NCBI GenBank assembly: GCA_945983015.1
Contig: CAMFSN010000001.1
Location: 1-45,400, forward strand
Source of the DNA: an uncultured Bacteroidales bacterium
Lineage (GTDB): Bacteria > Bacteroidota > Bacteroidia > Bacteroidales > UBA932
Reading direction: 5' to 3'
Length of the DNA stretch: 45,400 bases
Shown: one piece after another, positions 9,863 through 20,772 of the stretch
Position numbering within the stretch: the stretch's first letter is position 1
How the letters are laid out: the number at the start of each line of letters is the position of its first letter
The notes under the pieces: model-generated
What the model was told of the DNA's origin: nothing
Seen by the model: only the letters and a program-made list of their open reading frames with translations
Databases searched by the model: none
Made by a program: the position numbers and the translations under genes

Positions 9863-11078
9863 TCAACTCGAGGAGTTTTTGGGCAGCTTCTTCTTCGGGA
9901 ATGTGTCTGAGAAGAGGCTGGCTTTTTTTATATATGCTCACCTTTCCTCCTCCTTCACCTACGTAACCCCAGTCTGCATCGGCCATTTCTCCAGGCCCGT
10001 TAACTATGCAGCCCATAACTGCTATGACCACATCTTTCAGACCCTCGGTCTTAGCCTTTACCTCCTCAAGAGCCTTCTGAATATTATACATAGTGCGTCC
10101 GCAGCCCGGGCAGGCTATGTATTCGGCCTTATAGAAGCGCTTGCGGGCGGCTTGAAGGATTTCATCTCTAAGGTATTCGCTTAATTCGCCTTGAGGGATA
10201 TCCTCTATCTCTCCTCTCATTAGTTTTGGCCCCCACTTGCAGGCGGCTTCCAGGATTTCTTCCTCTCTTTCCGGAAGCTGAGGCTTCGGAGAGTCAGAGT
10301 ATCTGTATGCCAAGTAGGCGGCTACCGGAAGCTCCGCTTCGGGATCTTCGGTAAGGGAGACCCTGATGGTGTCTCCCAGCCCCTCTTCCAGAAGAGTGGC
10401 TATGCCTACGCAGGATTTGATTCTGCCGCTGTCTCCGTTGCCGGCTTCGGTAAGGCCTACGTGAAGAGGAAAGTCCCAGGATTTCTCATCGAAAAGTTTC
10501 TTCAGCTCCCTGTAGGCTTGTACCATTGTAATAGTATTGGAGGATTTAAGGGAGATAACTATCTGGTCGAAGTCTTCATCCACACACATCTGCACCCATT
10601 CCAGCGCGGCGAGAGCCATAGCTTTTGGACTGTTACCATAGAGATTAGTGATATATTCCCCCAGGGATCCGTGGTTGACTCCTATCCTTATGGCAGTATG
10701 GTGTTCCTTGCAGACTTTCAGCAGTGCTGAGAATTCCTCCCTTGCCCTCTGGTGATCTTTATGGAAGTTACCTGGATTGATTCTGACCTTGTCCACGAAT
10801 GGCGCTACCTTTATAGCGGTCTGGGAAGAGAAATGTATGTCGGCTACTATGGGAGTGAAAATCCCTTGGGCTCTCAGACTATCCCTTATGTTTTTTATAT
10901 GTTCCACATCCTGAAGCCCCGGAACAGTAAGTCTGATAAGCTGGGCTCCCGCCTTATGCAAGCGGATGCATTGTTCTATCGAGGCTTTTTCGTCGCAGGT
11001 ATGGGTGTTACACATAGTCTGTATGGCTATGCTCCGGCCTTTGCCGATTTCTATAGCAGGATTACCTATTCGTACCAT
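9828..11078 (-). CDS. ispG: 4-hydroxy-3-methylbut-2-en-1-yl diphosphate synthase IspG (GcpE)
   Basis: IQTMCNT, VADIHF, KVRINPGN, IRIGVNHGSL, PLHVGLTEAG, GDTIRVSLTE, and Fe-S ligands CPGCGR and MGCIVNGPGE. Confidence 0.96.
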   Translation of the reverse strand: MVRIGNPAIEIGKGRSIAIQTMCNTHTCDEKASIEQCIRLHKAGAQLIRLTVPGLQDVEHIKNIRDSLRAQGIFTPIVADIHFSSQTAIKVAPFVDKVRINPGNFHKDHQRAREEFSALLKVCKEHHTAIRIGVNHGSLGEYITNLYGNSPKAMALAALEWVQMCVDEDFDQIVISLKSSNTITMVQAYRELKKLFDEKSWDFPLHVGLTEAGNGDSGRIKSCVGIATLLEEGLGDTIRVSLTEDPEAELPVAAYLAYRYSDSPKPQLPEREEEILEAACKWGPKLMRGEIEDIPQGELSEYLRDEILQAARKRFYKAEYIACPGCGRTMYNIQKALEEVKAKTEGLKDVVIAVMGCIVNGPGEMADADWGYVGEGGGKVSIYKKSQPLLRHIPEEEAAQKLLELIKEEQKAQGKL

Positions 11079-11976
11079 ATACTATCTCTCTTGCTTGTTT
11101 TTTCAAATCGGACCTGGTGGTCCCGAAACGTTTTTCCAGATGCAGGTGCACTCCTACGCTGATTATGAAATCCAAAGGGTAGGCATATCTGTAATAGACC
11201 CTGTTCTGGTCTTCATAGCCGGAGCCTTCCGGAAACAGGGAATTCCTGGTAAAGATGCTGGATAAACCGTACCTGAGCTGTCCGTCTATATGTATCTCGA
11301 CAGGGTCCAGGATGAAGGCGAAACCAAGTCCTCCCTGAAAGCCATAATCCCAGCGGATATCCGTATCGTACCAGTCCCTTCTGTAGGCTTCCTCCACGTT
11401 CGGGCCAAATCTTTCCACGCTCAGACGGTAGCCTCCGTAGATGCCCGCTCCGGCATAGATTTTCGAGTATAGCCCGTCACTGTGTACCTGTAGCATAAAG
11501 GGGACTTCGATAACCCGCATACGCAGGGATTGGCATTTTTCCTTATAGAATTCGAAAGTCTCGCCGGTCTCCTTGTTAGTCTTGAAGTGATAGCCTTCCC
11601 AGCCGTATTCCACTCCTATGGTCCACCCGAAATAGGGCAGATAGTTGAACATCTTTTCGTATTTGGTAAAAGTCAGGGAGTAATGTCCCAGGAGCAGGTC
11701 CCTGGTCTGGCTGTGGCTTGGACTGAAAGACATCCCCGGGAGAGTCAGGCCGTAGTTGAAGCCTATCATCGAGTAGTTGTTCAGTTTGCTGTTATAGTCC
11801 AGCTTTACAGTGTCCAGATACTCGTCGCTCCACTGATCCTCCAATGCCAATTCACTCTGGAGTATCAGACTGTCTTTCTGCAGGCTGTCCCTCTGCATAA
11901 GGAGAAGCTCCTGTCCCTGAAGACAATAGGCTGAAAGACATAATAATAGAGTCAGTATGTATTTTCGCATTCTCAA
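11062..11976 (-). CDS. Outer membrane beta-barrel protein (OMP_b-brl_2/PorT-like); start may be ATG 11970
   Basis: Signal peptide, alternating aromatic beta-strands, and IEVPFMLQ, AGIYGGY and DYGFQGGLG motifs typical of this Bacteroidota family. Confidence 0.7.
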   Translation of the reverse strand: MRMRKYILTLLLCLSAYCLQGQELLLMQRDSLQKDSLILQSELALEDQWSDEYLDTVKLDYNSKLNNYSMIGFNYGLTLPGMSFSPSHSQTRDLLLGHYSLTFTKYEKMFNYLPYFGWTIGVEYGWEGYHFKTNKETGETFEFYKEKCQSLRMRVIEVPFMLQVHSDGLYSKIYAGAGIYGGYRLSVERFGPNVEEAYRRDWYDTDIRWDYGFQGGLGFAFILDPVEIHIDGQLRYGLSSIFTRNSLFPEGSGYEDQNRVYYRYAYPLDFIISVGVHLHLEKRFGTTRSDLKKQAREIVYGTNR

Positions 11977-13775
11977 AGTTCCTTGATGTCGATAATCTGT
12001 GTAAGTTCCGTAGCGGCAGGCAGCTCCAGGTATTCCTCACCCTCTTCCCCCTTGAAGAATACAACCTTTTCAGGCTGTCTTTTTTCCAGAAGACTGCCCG
12101 TGTCCACCAGGGAATTCCGGTTATAGTCGAAGGTGATTCTGATTGAATACTTTCCCTCCTTAAGATATGGGAAAAATAATTCGCAGTTCTTGTCTATGAC
12201 ATAAGATCTGAGGCTCTTGTCTCTCTTTTCATTCAGAAGGTCTATGATCAGTTTTCCTTCCACCCCTTCCAATTTAAGTTTAATGCTGCTTAGCTGGTCA
12301 TCTTTAGGAAGGCTGACTTTGACTTCTGTACTGTCTGAGTAGAATCCGTTTATATCTCTGAAAGCCTTGTATGGCAGTTTGAGATAGTATTCATATCCTT
12401 GCAGGAGTTTTTCCTTTGGACGGATGGTGTATTTTCTCAGATTCAGACTGTCCCTTTCCACAGTGAAACTGCCTCTGCTTTCTTTCTGCTTAGGATTCAC
12501 GGAGCGGAATACCAGAGAGTCGAAGTTCTCGTATATGATAGGGTAGTTGAACTCCAGGATGAATCCGTTTTGTTCCACTGTTTCAGGCTCAGCCGTGAGC
12601 TTGTATACGCAGATGGTGTCTTCGTGCTTGATATCCTTTTTTGCGGCTCTGCCGGTCTTTTTAGGCAGGGCTCCCTCCACGAAGAGCTTGTGCTTTTCCA
12701 ATGTAGGCTCCATCAGATATGTGGAGTCATTGGTCTTACGGTAGTTCAGGTAGAGCATAAGGGTGTCCGGAATGCTTCTGCGTTCGTTTATCCATATCTC
12801 CAGGCTGTCTTGGGTGAGATTGAACTGGGTGATCAGCTTGTCGGCCTTGAGACCTTTGATCCAGAGGGAATCTATCCAGACATTTTTAGCGGTGAAACTG
12901 ACGTGAGCCCTTCTTTCGGAGGTTCTGGCGACGTTTTTCAGCATCTGCTTGCTGTTCTCCTCCTTAAATAGCCTTATCTCATATTCGCTTTTTCTGGCCA
13001 GACATTCCAGGGTGTCCTTCATATCGTATTTCTGCATCTCGGGAATGCTGTCATTCACTTTCATCACCGGCCTGACAAGGGAATCCACAAAGCCCACCAG
13101 TTCGCTTTCGCTTTGGAATAGATTGTCGTTGTTCTCATCCTTTATCGCGTATAGTCTGAATAGGGTATCCGGCAGATAAGGGATACAGAAATAGCCCCAG
13201 TCATCCGTCTTGCAGGCAGCGAAAGGACGGCTTTTGAAAATGGCTGAATCGCTTTGGTCAGTGTATAACATCACTGTGGCACCCTTGACGGGTTTAAGGG
13301 TATTGCAGTCCTGGACTGTGCCTGTCAGCAGAAGGGAATCTATCCTGTCTCCCGTGGAGAATACATAGGTGTATCCAGGGAAGATATTGCCTTCATTGTT
13401 ATCGCTGAGGGCATCCGTGAAGTTAAGGGTATATGTGATGCCTTTTTTGAGTGCCTCCTCGAATGTGACTACCAGATTTTTGCCCTTTATCACGGCTTTA
13501 GGCATTTTCTTCTGAGGAGGGGAGAGAAAGATGTTCTGATTATCCTTTATCTTAATGTATTCGTCGAAGCCGAAGACCAATTTGGTTTTATGCGTATCCA
13601 CCTGTGTGGCGCCAGGCATCGGATCGACCCAGTATAGGGCCGGAGGGATGGTGTCCTTGGCTCCACCGCTAGGGGATTGGGTGGTATTGGCACAGGAATG
13701 CATAAAGAATGTGGGGATCAGCGCGCAGAGAGCCGCCCCCAAGGGGATAATTGTATCTTTCAGGTTTTTTATCAT
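11973..13775 (-). CDS. Ig-like (Big_5) domain lipoprotein, conserved Bacteroidota family of unknown function
   Basis: Lipobox HSC followed by ANTTQSPSGGAKDTIPP; also FDEYIKI, TYTLNF.DAL.DNNEGN, YVFSTG..IDSL and a C-terminal QPE. Confidence 0.8.
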   Translation of the reverse strand: MIKNLKDTIIPLGAALCALIPTFFMHSCANTTQSPSGGAKDTIPPALYWVDPMPGATQVDTHKTKLVFGFDEYIKIKDNQNIFLSPPQKKMPKAVIKGKNLVVTFEEALKKGITYTLNFTDALSDNNEGNIFPGYTYVFSTGDRIDSLLLTGTVQDCNTLKPVKGATVMLYTDQSDSAIFKSRPFAACKTDDWGYFCIPYLPDTLFRLYAIKDENNDNLFQSESELVGFVDSLVRPVMKVNDSIPEMQKYDMKDTLECLARKSEYEIRLFKEENSKQMLKNVARTSERRAHVSFTAKNVWIDSLWIKGLKADKLITQFNLTQDSLEIWINERRSIPDTLMLYLNYRKTNDSTYLMEPTLEKHKLFVEGALPKKTGRAAKKDIKHEDTICVYKLTAEPETVEQNGFILEFNYPIIYENFDSLVFRSVNPKQKESRGSFTVERDSLNLRKYTIRPKEKLLQGYEYYLKLPYKAFRDINGFYSDSTEVKVSLPKDDQLSSIKLKLEGVEGKLIIDLLNEKRDKSLRSYVIDKNCELFFPYLKEGKYSIRITFDYNRNSLVDTGSLLEKRQPEKVVFFKGEEGEEYLELPAATELTQIIDIKEL

Positions 13776-15814
13776 AATTCGATTCTGGATACGCTCTGTA
13801 TGCCTTTGATTTTACTGATTCTTTCTATCAGGGTCTCCAGGGAGTTTCTGTCTTTGACCAAAAGCTCGATTTTTCCTTCGAACACCCCATCTTCAGAACC
13901 CAGGGAGAGCTTTCTCATATTGATTCCCAGGGACAGGGATATCAGCTGGGTGAGGTCATTTAGCAGTCCAAGTCTATCCAAACCCTTCAGGCTGATCTTT
14001 ACAGGAAAATCGCTTTGAAGGCTTCTGCCCTCCCATTGTGGTACCACCAGTTTGTCTCCCTGGGTGCTTCCCAGGCTTTCCAGATGGCTGCAGCTCTTTT
14101 TATGAACCGTAACTGAGCCGTCCGGATTCTTTATTCCTATGACAGGATCTCCAGGGATAGGGTTACAGCAGGATGCCGAGATGTAGTGAACGTCGTCTAC
14201 CACCACTATCCTTTCTGCAGGTTTGTTAATGGAGATATTGTTCATTGCCACCAGGGCTTCCGCTTTGTCTATATTTTGAGGCTCTTTCTCTCGGATGTAA
14301 TCCATTACCTTTTTTCTGGCTTCCTGAGTTTGCAGGAATTCCAGCCAGTTCATCTGAGGATGCGCATTCTCTGCAGTGATTATCTCTATCTGGTCTCCCT
14401 GGTGCAATTTTTGGGAGAGGGCGCAGAGTTTCATATTTATCTTAGCGGCTATGGCGTGATATCCTAGCTCGCAGTTCAGCTGATAGGCGAAGTCCAGGGC
14501 AGTGGAGTCTTTCTTTATGCTCTTCTGGCTGCCGGATGGGGTAAATACCACTATATCACTGGATATCAGGTCTCTATGTATGATATCCAGCATCTCCAGG
14601 GTGCCTACGTCAGGACTTTGGATAATCTCCTGAACCTTATCCAGCCACTTGTCCATCTCGGAGTCGTTTTCGGAGATGTATCCGTCTTTTTTGTAGGCCC
14701 AGTGGGCGGCAATACCCTTTTCTGCTATGTCGTCCATTCGCTTGGAGCGGATCTGAACTTCCACCCAGAAACCTCCCTTGCTCATAAGGGTGCAGTGCAG
14801 GGCCTCGTAGCCGTTACTCTTAGGCTGTTTGATCCAGTCCCTGAGTCTGTCTTGCTGGTAGCGGTAGAGCGAGGTGATGGTGGCGTAGATGTCGTAACAC
14901 TCCTTTCTTTCCTTGACAGGGTCATCGCTGCTCGGAGTAAAGATGATTCTGATGGCATAGAGATCGAAAATCTGTTCGAAGCTCACGTGCTTGGTGTTCA
15001 TCTTCCTCCATATAGAGTAAGGGGTCTTGATTCTCTTCTTTATCTCGAATTGGTAAGACTCTTCCGACAGGGCTTTCCGGATAGGCTCTATGAATTCGTC
15101 TATGATCTTAGATTTCTTCTCCAGATCCTCAGAGGTCCTTTCCGTTATCTTTTTGTACTCGTCCGGCTCCTTGTACTGCAGCCAGATGTTCTCCATCTCT
15201 GTCTTTATGGAATACAGACCTAGTCTATGTGCCAATGGGATAAAGAGATACATAGTCTCACTCAGAATCTTCTCCCTCTTATGCTCCGGCATAAACTCTA
15301 TGGTTCTGCAGTTGTGAAGCCTGTCAGCGAGCTTTATAAGGACCACCCTTACGTCGTCATTCAAGGTCAGCAGGATACGCTTGAAATTCTCGGCCTGAAG
15401 GCTAGGGACATTGATGGAGCTGCTCTTTGTCCTGTCCTCTTTGTCGAGTACGGTCTTAATCTTTGTAAGTCCGTCCACCAGGGAGGCGACCTTCTCTCCG
15501 AAAAGGGCCTTGATGTCATCCACCGTATAGTCAGTGTCTTCCACCACGTCGTGCAGAAGAGCTGCAGTAATGGATTTGTATCCCAATCCTATATCTCCCA
15601 CCACTATCTTAGCCACCTCTATCGGGTGCAGTATGTAGGGCTCTCCGGAGCGTCTTCTGACATTTTTATGGGCTTCGTTAGCGAAGTCAAAAGCCTTTCG
15701 GACCACTGCGAACTCTTCTTCGTTCCTGCAGCGTTCCTTAGCCAATTTCGCCAATCCTTCGTACTTTTCTTCGATCAGGCGATAGTCATTCTCGTTAAAT
15801 TCGGTATATTTCAT
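13772..15814 (-). CDS. Long RelA/SpoT-family bifunctional (p)ppGpp synthetase/hydrolase
   Basis: RRSGEPYILHP, LHDVVEDT (HD), KLADRLHN, RLRD, NGYEALH, EVQIRS, a TGS domain, CCNPIPGD (ZFD) and a C-terminal ACT/RRM domain. Confidence 0.96.
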   Translation of the reverse strand: MKYTEFNENDYRLIEEKYEGLAKLAKERCRNEEEFAVVRKAFDFANEAHKNVRRRSGEPYILHPIEVAKIVVGDIGLGYKSITAALLHDVVEDTDYTVDDIKALFGEKVASLVDGLTKIKTVLDKEDRTKSSSINVPSLQAENFKRILLTLNDDVRVVLIKLADRLHNCRTIEFMPEHKREKILSETMYLFIPLAHRLGLYSIKTEMENIWLQYKEPDEYKKITERTSEDLEKKSKIIDEFIEPIRKALSEESYQFEIKKRIKTPYSIWRKMNTKHVSFEQIFDLYAIRIIFTPSSDDPVKERKECYDIYATITSLYRYQQDRLRDWIKQPKSNGYEALHCTLMSKGGFWVEVQIRSKRMDDIAEKGIAAHWAYKKDGYISENDSEMDKWLDKVQEIIQSPDVGTLEMLDIIHRDLISSDIVVFTPSGSQKSIKKDSTALDFAYQLNCELGYHAIAAKINMKLCALSQKLHQGDQIEIITAENAHPQMNWLEFLQTQEARKKVMDYIREKEPQNIDKAEALVAMNNISINKPAERIVVVDDVHYISASCCNPIPGDPVIGIKNPDGSVTVHKKSCSHLESLGSTQGDKLVVPQWEGRSLQSDFPVKISLKGLDRLGLLNDLTQLISLSLGINMRKLSLGSEDGVFEGKIELLVKDRNSLETLIERISKIKGIQSVSRIEL

Positions 15815-15820
15815 ACACTA

Positions 15821-17890
<2,070 letters not shown>

Positions 17891-17891
17891 T

Positions 17892-17899
17892 CAAAGATA
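17892..17899 (-). promoter_or_regulatory. -7 promoter element for the ligA-rel-Big5-OMP-ispG operon
   Basis: TATCTTTG on the minus strand, only 7 nt before the ligA ATG. Confidence 0.65.
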
Positions 17900-17925
17900 C
17901 TCATTTTTCGCAAGAATGCGAAAAC

Positions 17926-18510
17926 TTATTCTTCAGGGATCAGCTCTTTTATCTGCATATGCCACATCTTGTGTCCCAGAAAGTCCACGCTCTCCATTCT
18001 TTCGAAGCCAAGTTTGCGGTAAAGAGCTTCTGCCTTGGTGTTGTTCTGGTCCACCAGCAGACCCACCAGCGAGTGCCCCTGCTTGAAGGCCTGGTCGGTC
18101 ATAGTCAGCATCAGTTCCCTGCCAAGTCCCAGTCCTCTATACTGGGGTAGTACTCCTAAGGAATCGATGTAAAATTCCCCTTCGTGGGTCTCGGCTTCTA
18201 TCTCGACCTCCTTTCCGGTGTGCTTTCGGATTATTTCAAGGCTTTTTTTCTTGAGTTCTTCCAGTTTCGCTCCGTCATAGCCACAGATGGCTCCGGCACA
18301 CTCGCCATTGTATTCTGCGATAAGGGCATTGTTGAAACTGTATTGAGAATCTTCACAACTGGCTATCTCTTCGAAAATGCTCAGGTAGTCCTCTCCGCAG
18401 AGTGCCTTTGCACATTCTTCTCCAAAAGCCATTGTCAGGGCCTGGGCTATGAGATTCGCATCTTCCTTTTTCGCCCTACGCTTTGTAATTGTGGAATTGT
18501 TTTTTGTCAT
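17926..18510 (-). CDS. GNAT family N-acetyltransferase
   Basis: FYIDSLGVLPQYRGLGLGREL (motif A) and N..AEALYRKLGF. Confidence 0.9.
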   Translation of the reverse strand: MTKNNSTITKRRAKKEDANLIAQALTMAFGEECAKALCGEDYLSIFEEIASCEDSQYSFNNALIAEYNGECAGAICGYDGAKLEELKKKSLEIIRKHTGKEVEIEAETHEGEFYIDSLGVLPQYRGLGLGRELMLTMTDQAFKQGHSLVGLLVDQNNTKAEALYRKLGFERMESVDFLGHKMWHMQIKELIPEE

Positions 18511-18586
18511 ATTGATCTGAGCCTAAGGGTCAATCCTTTTATGCAAATAGCGGACCGCGCTGAAATAGCTTTGTCTTAAGACATAA

Positions 18587-18615
18587 AGACGAGCCTTAAA
18601 GGAGTAGGCTCGTCT
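18587..18615 (-). terminator. Probable intrinsic terminator downstream of the ROK regulator
   Basis: 10-bp perfect stem AGACGAGCCT/AGGCTCGTCT with a 9-nt loop; short U-tract (TCTTTATG) on the minus strand. Confidence 0.65.
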
Positions 18616-18651
18616 AAATGAATTTATTTAGAATATATTTATTTAAATAAT

Positions 18652-19845
18652 TTACAAACCTAGGAGTTTTGCTCTGCTCAGCAGGCAGTCTCCAATTCCG
18701 GCTGCGGTAAGACCTAGTTTGGAAAGTTGGAACTTGGTATCCGAACTTACTCTGGACAGGGAGTAGCGGTTCACTGCCGTTTTGATAGGCAACATCAAGT
18801 AGTCCTTGCCCACTATGAGTCGGCCTCCTATGATGACAAGGCTAGGATTAAAGATGTTCAGAACACCGGCGATACCCTGGCCCAAGGTGGCTCCGACCTG
18901 TTCGATTCCTTCGATGGCAAGTACGTCTTCCTCTTCTACGCTCCTTAGGATATCGTCCAGCGTAAGATTGCCTTTTTCCTCATATATGCGTGCCAAGGCT
19001 GATTTCCGTCCCTGTCTAAGCTTGTCTATGATGATTCGGTGAAGGGCCCAGCCTGAGGCTCCGGTTTCCAGACAGCCCATTTTTCCGCAACGGCAGATGA
19101 TATTGTTATCCAGGGATGGGAAGTGTCCTATCTCTCCGGAGAATCCGGATTTGCCATAATACAGGGATCCGTTCAATATCATTCCCATACCCAGTCCCCA
19201 GGAGAGATTGATGTATATCAAATCGCTCTCGTGGCTGAGTCCCATAGTCATATATTCTCCGTAAGCCATTGCCCTTGAGTCGTTTTCAATGCTCACCGGT
19301 ACTCCCAGCTGCTGCTCGAAGAGGTCTTTCATAGGGATGTCGTCACTGACGAAATAGGTCAGGGAATATCCCTTTTCAGGGTTCACCCTTCCGGAAAGTG
19401 AAACTCCCACTCCCAGGACATCTTCCCATTCTATGTTCTTGTTAGCAATCTCTTCCTTTATCTTTCCACACATTTTTTTGAATGAATCGGCATTGGCTTC
19501 CAGGACGAAGGGAATGTCCTGAATAAAATATACCAGCTGGCCTTTAAAGTCGCATATTGCTATGTGAAAATGCTGCCTGCTGACATCTACGCCCACAAAG
19601 TAGCCGGCATTCGGATTTAAGCCGAAAGTGCTTGGCCTTCGTCCTCCCTTTGTATCTATTTTGCCTTCATCCTGAAGAAGGCCCTCTTCGATCATTTCAC
19701 TTAGAAGCTTGGTTACGGTAGGTACGCTTGTGGCTAGTTCTTTGCTAAAATCGGCTATACTGTAGGTGTTGTGTTCAATGCATAGTCGAAGAATAGTTTT
19801 TTTTAATTGCGTATTTTTTCCGCCGTCATTCAAAAATGTTTTCAT
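18652..19845 (-). CDS. ROK family transcriptional repressor (NanR/XylR/NagC-like)
   Basis: N-terminal HTH (SVPTVTKLL), GGRRP, IENDSRAMAYGE, and SGFSGEIGH...CRCGKMGCLE. ATG 19845 is preferred over GTG 19848. Confidence 0.93.
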   Translation of the reverse strand: MKTFLNDGGKNTQLKKTILRLCIEHNTYSIADFSKELATSVPTVTKLLSEMIEEGLLQDEGKIDTKGGRRPSTFGLNPNAGYFVGVDVSRQHFHIAICDFKGQLVYFIQDIPFVLEANADSFKKMCGKIKEEIANKNIEWEDVLGVGVSLSGRVNPEKGYSLTYFVSDDIPMKDLFEQQLGVPVSIENDSRAMAYGEYMTMGLSHESDLIYINLSWGLGMGMILNGSLYYGKSGFSGEIGHFPSLDNNIICRCGKMGCLETGASGWALHRIIIDKLRQGRKSALARIYEEKGNLTLDDILRSVEEEDVLAIEGIEQVGATLGQGIAGVLNIFNPSLVIIGGRLIVGKDYLMLPIKTAVNRYSLSRVSSDTKFQLSKLGLTAAGIGDCLLSRAKLLGL

Positions 19846-19868
19846 CACTACTTTGTCTAAACCGTGGG

Positions 19869-19898
19869 CAAATTTATGAAAAATTTAGTGTATATTTG
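19869..19898. promoter_or_regulatory. Back-to-back divergent -7 elements (ROK on -, sensor-recD operon on +)
   Basis: TAAATTTG at 19876-19869 (-) and TATATTTG at 19891-19898 (+). Confidence 0.7.
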
Positions 19899-19932
19899 AG
19901 TGTCGATTGAAAAATTTGTAAAAAATTTAAGA

Positions 19933-20772
19933 ATGAGGTTAAGAAAAGTAATAAAACTCATTAAGGAGCATAAATTTGCTATGCGTTCTAAATTAAATAT
20001 GAGTTTTGCCGCCATTTCTGTGATATTACTCATTTCGAGTGTTATCTCGGTTTTGGAGTATAAGAGTATGAGCAGTTATATGTCTGAGCTGATTTCCAAG
20101 GACGTGAAATGTATCTCTGTCGCCAGAAAGCTTTCAGATGTGTCCACCGAATATAATCACGACATATTGGCTCTTATCGGTGACGGAAGTCTTCGCAGTA
20201 TGCCGGATTTCGATGCCTCCCTGTTTATGAACAAGTGCGACAGCCTTAGGGATGCGATTGCCGTAAACTCCTTTCTCCCCCTGGCGGATTCCGTGGAGTA
20301 TTCCTATTCGGCTTATATGCTGACCTCACTTGAACTGGAGGATGTGGTGGAGTCGGATTTTGTGGATACCAGAGAGTGGTATTTTGAGCGCCTTCAGCCT
20401 AAATATGACAGACTTTGCTCTGACATAGATGCGCTTATGGCTTCGCTGTATGCGGATCTGCACAGACATACGAAAGATTTTGACAGTGGTTTTTACAGGT
20501 GCATAATTCCAGGCAGCATAGCAGTTGCGGTGGCCTTGCTTCTGGTGATTATGCTGCTTTTCTTTATAAATACCTATTATATTAAGCCTATTCTTTCCAT
20601 CCATAAGGGATTGGGCAGCTATCGCTCCTTTAACAAGCAGTACACCGTAGCCTTCGAAGGAGACGATGAGTTGAAGGATATAAACGATGGGATAAAGGAA
20701 CTCTGTGATGAGAACCATCAGTTGAGAAAGAGAATTGGCAGTCTAAGAAAAAAGCAGGGTGATGTTCTATGA
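19933..20772 (+). CDS. Membrane protein: TM, four-helix-bundle (MCP-like) periplasmic domain, TM, HAMP-like region, with no output domain
   Basis: Two TM helices (FAAISVILLISSVISVL and IAVAVALLLVIMLLFFI), then YIKPI...GDDELKDINDGI (HAMP-like) and a short coiled-coil tail. The start is uncertain (19933 or 19981). Confidence 0.7.
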   Translation: MRLRKVIKLIKEHKFAMRSKLNMSFAAISVILLISSVISVLEYKSMSSYMSELISKDVKCISVARKLSDVSTEYNHDILALIGDGSLRSMPDFDASLFMNKCDSLRDAIAVNSFLPLADSVEYSYSAYMLTSLELEDVVESDFVDTREWYFERLQPKYDRLCSDIDALMASLYADLHRHTKDFDSGFYRCIIPGSIAVAVALLLVIMLLFFINTYYIKPILSIHKGLGSYRSFNKQYTVAFEGDDELKDINDGIKELCDENHQLRKRIGSLRKKQGDVL

